From contig JBGAIQ010000078.1 in the NCBI GenBank assembly GCA_044225365.1, positions 1 through 22,061 of the forward strand: a DNA stretch of 22,061 bases, read 5' to 3'. The notes beneath the pieces were generated by a model. It saw only the letters and a list, made by a program, of their open reading frames with translations. It had not been told where the DNA came from and searched no databases. Numbering within the stretch: the stretch's first letter is position 1; every line of letters starts with the position of its first letter. The DNA is from Planctomycetota bacterium. Lineage in GTDB: Bacteria > Planctomycetota > B15-G4 > JADJEK01. Shown here one piece after another: positions 16,415-22,061 of the stretch. The position numbers and the translations under genes were made by a program.

Positions 16415-17323
16415 ATGATCCAGGTCCATCGCAGTCTCGCAGCATCGACGAACGGTCTGCCCGAATCGATGGAGACGGCGCGCGGCCGGATCTCGCTCGA
16501 GTCGCCGCGGACCGCCAACGCGACGTTGCCCGGCGAACGCCGCTCGATCCTCGATGTCGATGCCGAGCGCGCCGAGAAGATCCGCATCCAGTCCCTCGAT
16601 CTGTTCTATGGCGCCAAGCAGGCGCTCTTCGGCGTCGGCCTCGTCGTCTACGAACGCTCGGTCACCGCGCTGATCGGCCCGTCGGGCTGCGGCAAGTCGA
16701 CCCTGCTCCGCACGATCAATCGCATGAACGACCTGGTCGACGGCGTTCGGATCGTGGGCAAGGTCGAGCTCGACGGTGAGGACATCTATCACCGCGACGT
16801 CGAGGTCGAGATCCTGCGCCGTCGCATCGGCATGGTGTTCCAGAAGTCGAACCCTTTCCCGAAGTCGATCTACGAGAACGTGGCCTACGGACCGCGCATC
16901 CTCGGGATCAAGGACAAGGCCGTCCTCGACGAGATCGTCGAGACCAGTCTCAAGCGCGCGGCGCTGTGGGACGAGGTGAAGGATCGCCAGAAGGACAGCG
17001 CTCTTGGACTCTCCGGTGGTCAGCAGCAGCGACTGTGCATCGCGCGCGCGCTCGCGACCGATCCCGAAGTGTTGCTGATGGACGAACCCGCTTCCGCGCT
17101 CGACCCGATCTCGACCAACAAGATCGAGGACCTGATCCACGACCTGAAGAGCCGGTACACGATCGTCATCGTCACGCACAACATGCAGCAGGCCGCGCGC
17201 GTGTCCGACCGGACCGCGTTCTTCCTGAACGGCGTCATCGTGGAAGAAGGCCCGACCGAGCAGATCTTTAGCACGCCGCAGAAGAAGGAAACCGAGGACT
17301 ACGTCACGGGAAGGTTCGGTTGA
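16415..17323 (+). CDS. pstB: Phosphate ABC transporter ATP-binding protein PstB
   Basis: [52 protein letters not shown] and [10 protein letters not shown] motifs. Start uncertain: GTG 16394, ATG 16415 (after GAGGAG) or later. Confidence 0.95.
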   Translation: MIQVHRSLAASTNGLPESMETARGRISLESPRTANATLPGERRSILDVDAERAEKIRIQSLDLFYGAKQALFGVGLVVYERSVTALIGPSGCGKSTLLRTINRMNDLVDGVRIVGKVELDGEDIYHRDVEVEILRRRIGMVFQKSNPFPKSIYENVAYGPRILGIKDKAVLDEIVETSLKRAALWDEVKDRQKDSALGLSGGQQQRLCIARALATDPEVLLMDEPASALDPISTNKIEDLIHDLKSRYTIVIVTHNMQQAARVSDRTAFFLNGVIVEEGPTEQIFSTPQKKETEDYVTGRFG

Positions 17324-17391
17324 GCCTTTTCGACGCAGGATCCTCACGACCCGAACAACGCAACCGACCCGCAAGAAACAGGAAAACAGAT

Positions 17392-18372
17392 ATGAAGCTC
17401 ACAGGACTCGTTCTTTGCTCCCTCGCCGTCAGCGCCGTGGCATTCGCTTATGCGTCCGTGGCCGCTCCGCAGGACACGATCCATGGCAAGAAGTACGAGA
17501 AGCCCGCCGACGTCAAGATCACGGGCACGCTCGATTCCGTCGGCTCGGACACGATGATCAATCTGATGACGAACTGGGCGGAGGGCTTCAAGCGCTACTA
17601 CCCCGACGTCAAGCCGCAGATCGAGGGCAAGGGCTCGGCAACGGCGCCCGTCGCACTGACCGGCGGGACCGCGCACTTCGGCCCGATGTCGCGCGACATG
17701 AAGAAGGAGGAGTCGGACGACTTCGAGAAGAAGTTCGGCTACAAGCCGACCGCGATCCGCACGTCGCTCGACGCGCTCGCGGTGTTCGTCAACAAGGACA
17801 ATCCGATCGAGAGCCTGACGTTCGAGCAGGTCGACGCGATCTTCTCGAAGACCCGCAAGCAGGGCGGCAAGGAGGACATCACCACGTGGGGCCAGCTCGG
17901 CCTCAAGGGTGACTTCGCGTCGAAGCCCATCAGCCTCTTCGGCCGCAATTCGGCGTCCGGCACCTACGGCTACTTCAAGGAACACGCGCTCAAGAAGGGC
18001 GACTTCCGCGACACCGTGAAGGAGCAGCCCGGCTCGTCGGCGGTCGTCCAGGGCATCTCCGAGGATCGCTTCGCGATCGGTTACTCGGGAATCGGCTACC
18101 TCACCCCGAGCGTGCGCGCCGTCCCACTCGCGCCGGCCGCCGGCAAGAAGGCCGTCGCTGCGACGAACGAGAACGTGCTTTCCGGTGAGTACCCGCTCAG
18201 CCGCTACCTGCAGATCTACGTGAACAAGGCGCCGGGGAAGCCCCTCGATCCGATGGTGAAGGAGTTCCTGAAGTTCGTCTTGTCGCGCGAGGGTCAGGAG
18301 ATCGTCGAGAAGGAAGGGTACATGCCGCTCCCCGACAGCATCATCGCAGCCGAGCTGAAGAAGCTCGACTGA
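17392..18372 (+). CDS. pstS: Phosphate ABC transporter substrate-binding protein PstS (326 aa)
   Basis: Signal peptide; VGSDT, GKGSATA, MSR, DALAVFVN, GRNSASGTYGYF and YPLSRYL motifs. ATG at 17392 follows AGGA. Confidence 0.93.
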   Translation: MKLTGLVLCSLAVSAVAFAYASVAAPQDTIHGKKYEKPADVKITGTLDSVGSDTMINLMTNWAEGFKRYYPDVKPQIEGKGSATAPVALTGGTAHFGPMSRDMKKEESDDFEKKFGYKPTAIRTSLDALAVFVNKDNPIESLTFEQVDAIFSKTRKQGGKEDITTWGQLGLKGDFASKPISLFGRNSASGTYGYFKEHALKKGDFRDTVKEQPGSSAVVQGISEDRFAIGYSGIGYLTPSVRAVPLAPAAGKKAVAATNENVLSGEYPLSRYLQIYVNKAPGKPLDPMVKEFLKFVLSREGQEIVEKEGYMPLPDSIIAAELKKLD

Positions 18373-18388
18373 GATCGTACTTCGCAAA

Positions 18389-20677
18389 GTGAAGACGACG
18401 CTTCCACCGATGCCTGGAACTCCCCGACGCGGGAGTGACGATGCCCGCTCGCGCCTCGGCGATACGCCCGAGGCGCGACGGCGCATCGCCAGATTGCGTC
18501 GCATCGACGCGCTGATCGCGGGATCGATCAAGTTCGGTGGCATCGCGATCATCGTCGCGGTGCTCGCGATCTTCGTGTTCGTGGCGAAAGAGGCGTTGCC
18601 GCTGTTCCTGCCGACCTCGATGAAATTGTCCGGCACGAGCATGAACGTCGACGAGCCGTCGGCGCGACCCCTTGCGGTGGGTGAGGACGAGTATCGCGAG
18701 AAGGGCTGGGTGCTGTCGTCGCGGGGCCGCGTTCGGTTGCTCGACTTCGCCGCATCGAACGGCGGTAAGACCGAGGGCGAGGTTCCGCTCGACGGATTCG
18801 CCGAGTCAAGAGTCACCTGTGGCGCGCGCGCGGTCGGCTCCGACATGATGGTCGCCGCGACCGCGGACGGCAAAGCGACCGTCGCGATCGTCGCCTACGA
18901 ACCCGTCTATGGCGACGGTCGACGCACGGGGCAGACGATCCAGGTCGCATCCCAGATCGCGTTCCAGCTCCGCAAGGACGGGGGACCGATCGATCACGTC
19001 GCAATCGCTGGCGATCCTTCGCAGATCGTCGTCGTCGGTGTCGCCAAGGGATTCCTCGGCGTGGCGGTGAAGCGAGAGCTCGCACCGGAGCCCAAGATCG
19101 GCGAGTCGAGTGCGGCGCTCGAAGGACGGGAGCCCACGGCGCTCACACTCAGCGAATCCGGCGACAATCTGATCCTCGGCTTCCGGGACGGGAGCTGCCT
19201 GCGGCTCTCCCTCGATGGCGTCGACGCCACTCCGAAGGAGCGTCTGCCGTGCGGCAACTCGGAGATCACCGCGCTCGCATACGGCTTTGGCTCCGAGACC
19301 CTGCTCGTCGGTGATCGCGACGGCCACGTCACCGGCTGGCAAGGCGTGCGCTCCGACCGCGGACCCACCCGCACTCTCACGCGCGTTCGCGACTTCGGAA
19401 CGATGAAGAGCGCGATCACGACGTTCGCCGCATCGCGCCGCGACAAGAAGTTCCTCGTCGTCGACAAGAGTGGCAACCTCCGACTCGAGCACATCACGAC
19501 CGAGAATCGCCTGGGAGAGCTCGATGCCGAGAAGCTCGCCCTCGGGCCCGTGAACGGGATCATCGGCCCCAAGTCGGACGGCGGGGTGATCGTCTCCGAC
19601 TCCGGGGAACTCCGCGAGTGGGTGAGCGATGCGAATCACCCCGAGATCTCCCTGCGCTCGCTCTTCGCGCCGATGATGTACGAGGGCTACGACTCGCCCC
19701 AATACGTGTGGCAATCGACGGGCGGCGGCGATGATTTCGAACCGAAGCTCTCGCTCGTCCCCCTGATCTTCGGATCACTGAAGGGCGTGCTCTTCGCGAT
19801 GCTCTTCTCGGTGCCGATCGCGATCCTCGCGGCGCTGTTCGTCAGTCAATTCGCGTCGACGCGGATCCGCGGCCTCGTGAAGCCGACGGTCGAGTTGATG
19901 GGCGCGCTGCCTTCCGTGGTCGTGGGCTTCCTCGCAGGGCTTTGGCTCGCGCCGCTCATCGACCGCAATCTGATGGCGACGTTCCTCGTCCTCTGCGCAC
20001 TTCCGATCGCGGTGATCGCCGCCGGCCTCGTGTTTCGCAAGCTGTCGAACCCTGCGCGGCAGCGATTCGCGCTCGGCAAGGAACTCTGGTTCTCGCTGCC
20101 GTTCCTCGCGACGGGCGTCGTGATCGCGATCCTGATCGCGCGGCCGATCGAGAAAGCGTTCTTCCACGGCGATCTGCGATCGTTCCTCGTCGACGCGCTC
20201 GGCGTGGCGTACGACGCGCGCAACTGCGTGGTCGTCGGCATCGCCCTCGGTTTCGCCGTCATTCCCATCATCTTCACCGTCGCCGAGGACGCGATGTCCA
20301 ATGTTCCGCGCGCATTGCGCGCCGCATCGGACGCGCTCGGGGCTTCTCGTTGGCAGACGGCGTTCAACCTCGTTCTGCCCGCCGCGAGTCCCGGCATCTT
20401 CGCCGCGTTCATGTTGGGCTTCGGCCGCGCCATCGGCGAGACGATGATCGTCCTCATGGCGACCGGCAATACGCCGATCCTCGACGTGTCCCCGTTCAAC
20501 GGCATGCGCACGATCGCAGCCTGCATCGCGGTCGAGATTCCCGAAGCGCAGGAAGGCAGTACTCACGCTCGCGTGCTGTTCCTCGCGGGCACGCTCCTCT
20601 TCCTCTTCGCATTCCTCGCGAACACCACGGCCGAAATCATCGGCGACCGCCTGCGCAAGAGGTATGCGCGATGGTGA
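18389..20677 (+). CDS. pstC: Phosphate ABC transporter permease PstC, long form with a WD40/beta-propeller-like extracytoplasmic domain (762 aa)
   Basis: YEGY...WQSTGG.DDFEPKLSLVPLIFGSLK, KPTVELMGALPSVVVGF, EAA-like loop ASDALGASRWQT and GRAIGETMIVLMATGNTP motifs. Confidence 0.92.
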   Translation: MKTTLPPMPGTPRRGSDDARSRLGDTPEARRRIARLRRIDALIAGSIKFGGIAIIVAVLAIFVFVAKEALPLFLPTSMKLSGTSMNVDEPSARPLAVGEDEYREKGWVLSSRGRVRLLDFAASNGGKTEGEVPLDGFAESRVTCGARAVGSDMMVAATADGKATVAIVAYEPVYGDGRRTGQTIQVASQIAFQLRKDGGPIDHVAIAGDPSQIVVVGVAKGFLGVAVKRELAPEPKIGESSAALEGREPTALTLSESGDNLILGFRDGSCLRLSLDGVDATPKERLPCGNSEITALAYGFGSETLLVGDRDGHVTGWQGVRSDRGPTRTLTRVRDFGTMKSAITTFAASRRDKKFLVVDKSGNLRLEHITTENRLGELDAEKLALGPVNGIIGPKSDGGVIVSDSGELREWVSDANHPEISLRSLFAPMMYEGYDSPQYVWQSTGGGDDFEPKLSLVPLIFGSLKGVLFAMLFSVPIAILAALFVSQFASTRIRGLVKPTVELMGALPSVVVGFLAGLWLAPLIDRNLMATFLVLCALPIAVIAAGLVFRKLSNPARQRFALGKELWFSLPFLATGVVIAILIARPIEKAFFHGDLRSFLVDALGVAYDARNCVVVGIALGFAVIPIIFTVAEDAMSNVPRALRAASDALGASRWQTAFNLVLPAASPGIFAAFMLGFGRAIGETMIVLMATGNTPILDVSPFNGMRTIAACIAVEIPEAQEGSTHARVLFLAGTLLFLFAFLANTTAEIIGDRLRKRYARW

Positions 20678-22061
20678 CGGCGCTGACCAGCAAGCAGGGT
20701 GGAGCGCGGAAGGGAGAGTCGTTCGTCTTCGGCACCGGCGCGGCTCTGCTCCTCACGATCGTGCTCGTCGTCGGCGTGATCCTCGTCCTGATCGTCAACG
20801 GCCTCGGCTTCTTCTGGCCGAGCGATCTCGTCCGATTCGAGACGAAGGACGGCAAGACTCACCTCGGACAACCCTGGCGGAGCGAGCAGATCCCGCAGGC
20901 TGCGAATGCCGACGGTACCGAGAAGGAACTGCGCAAGCGCACGCTATGGCGAGTCGGCAATCGCAGGGAGTACTCCGGAGCCGATTTCCTCTGGGTCGAC
21001 GACGACAGCGTCACGACGCAGTCGAGTCCGAGGGACGCGATCCTCATCGAGCGCATGGAATGGGGCCCGGCGCTCGGAACCCTGTCGTCGTTGCGAGTCG
21101 ATGGCAAGGTCGTCGACGCCAACGGGGAGGCTCTGCACTCGCAGTTCCTCGAACTCGTCGACCGTGCGATCGCTGAGGAGCGCAAGGGCACCTTCGTGCC
21201 GCGCGCGGACGAAGCCCGCTACGTCGGCGTGATCGAGATCGCCGATGGCCGAAAGGTCGAGCTCGCCCTCGCGGGAGTCGTCCGCGTGGTGCGTCCGAAC
21301 GCACTCTCCATCTTCGGTAAGGCGCGCGTCTACGGTGCGCGTCTTTGCGAGTTCCTCTTCGGCGAACCGCGCGAATCGAATACCGAAGGCGGGATCCTGC
21401 CGTCGATCCTGGGGACGCTCCTCATGGTCATCGTGATGAGTATCTTCGTGGTGCCCCTCGGCGTCATCGCGGCGCTCTACCTCAACGAGTACGCGCGGCA
21501 GGGCACGCTCGTTCGGATCGTGCGCCTCGCCGTTTCCAACCTCGCGGGCGTCCCGAGCATCGTGTTCGGCATGTTCGGCGTCTCGTTCTTCGTCTACACG
21601 GTGGGCAAGTCGATCGATCGCACGTTCTTCTCCGACAAGCTGCCGTCGCCGACGTTCGGCACGGGAGGCATGCTGTGGGCGTCGGTGACGCTCGCGCTGC
21701 TCACCTTGCCCGTCGTGATCATCTCGACCGAGGAAGCGCTGCGCGCCGTTCCGCGCAATCAGCGCGAGGGCTCGCTCGCACTCGGCGCCACCAAGTGGCA
21801 GAGCATACGTTCGGTGATCCTGCCGGCATCCCTTCCGGGGATCCTGACGGGCATGATCCTCGCGATCGCGCGCGGCGCAGGCGAAGTCGCACCGCTCATG
21901 CTCACGGGTGTCATCAAGGCGGCGAACGCGCCGATCATCGATTCCGAATTCCCCTTCCTCCACCTCGACCGCAAGTTCATGCACCTCGGGTTCCACATCT
22001 ACGACGTGGGTTTCCAGTCGCCCAATGTCGAAGCTGCGAAACCGATGGTCTACATGACCGC
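20671..22061 (+). CDS. pstA: Phosphate ABC transporter permease PstA (partial, runs off the window)
   Basis: Manual translation from the ATG at 20671, which overlaps the pstC stop: NGLGFFWP...PRESNTEGGILPSILGT...YLNEYA...NLAGVPSIVFGMFG...EGSLALGATKWQ...ARGAGEVAPLM...MHLGFHIYDVGFQSPN. Absent from the ORF track. Confidence 0.93.
   Translation, partial: MVTALTSKQGGARKGESFVFGTGAALLLTIVLVVGVILVLIVNGLGFFWPSDLVRFETKDGKTHLGQPWRSEQIPQAANADGTEKELRKRTLWRVGNRREYSGADFLWVDDDSVTTQSSPRDAILIERMEWGPALGTLSSLRVDGKVVDANGEALHSQFLELVDRAIAEERKGTFVPRADEARYVGVIEIADGRKVELALAGVVRVVRPNALSIFGKARVYGARLCEFLFGEPRESNTEGGILPSILGTLLMVIVMSIFVVPLGVIAALYLNEYARQGTLVRIVRLAVSNLAGVPSIVFGMFGVSFFVYTVGKSIDRTFFSDKLPSPTFGTGGMLWASVTLALLTLPVVIISTEEALRAVPRNQREGSLALGATKWQSIRSVILPASLPGILTGMILAIARGAGEVAPLMLTGVIKAANAPIIDSEFPFLHLDRKFMHLGFHIYDVGFQSPNVEAAKPMVYMT

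Noticed and set aside
13795-16587. 930-aa minus-strand ORF and other long overlapping ORFs (e.g. 1427-3055, 2425-4077, 11037-13202, 17344-18873)
   Set aside because: They are shadow frames of well-supported genes in high-GC DNA, with skewed Arg-rich composition and no recognisable motifs.
1-22061. Frequent CGATCG, GCGATCGC (HIP1-like) and TCGA words
   Set aside because: Largely explainable by codon usage (GCG-ATC-GCG, CTC-GAG, ATC-GAC). A codon-aware enrichment test would be needed, and I cannot run one.
1-22061. Functional link between the RNA-repair operon and the Pho/Pst cluster
   Set aside because: They are more than 9 kb apart, separated by unrelated genes in both orientations, and I saw no Pho-box unit at the rtc promoter.
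1-22061. CRISPR arrays, IS elements, integrases, prophage genes
   Set aside because: No regularly spaced repeats, transposase or integrase motifs, or terminal inverted repeats were seen.

Overview
GC-rich bacterial DNA, densely coding; the taxon cannot be fixed from sequence alone. (1) 1-4495 is a sigma54-type RNA-repair locus: the 5' end of a divergent rtcR (not in the ORF track), a -24/-12 promoter, then Ro60/Rsr (TROVE-vWA), a structured non-coding interval, rtcB and rtcA. The interval holds a Y RNA-like element with a tRNA T arm and closed acceptor-like hairpin but no recognisable D arm. It also holds a separate 42-nt hairpin that looks like a Ro60-binding module on its own, 19 nt before the rtcB start. 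(2) 4496-13652 is a mixed envelope block: a zinc-ribbon/TM/TPR protein with two apparently inactive protease domains, DUF2167, a GT-C-like membrane glycosyltransferase, a pyridoxamine-phosphate-oxidase-like protein, nhaA and a secreted NPCBM-domain protein. (3) 13744-22061 is a phosphate block: phoB-phoR, an 11-bp-period Pho-box-like repeat, then pstB-pstS-pstC-pstA (pstA runs off the end). All calls come from motif recognition and manual base-pairing; no searches or folding programs were run.
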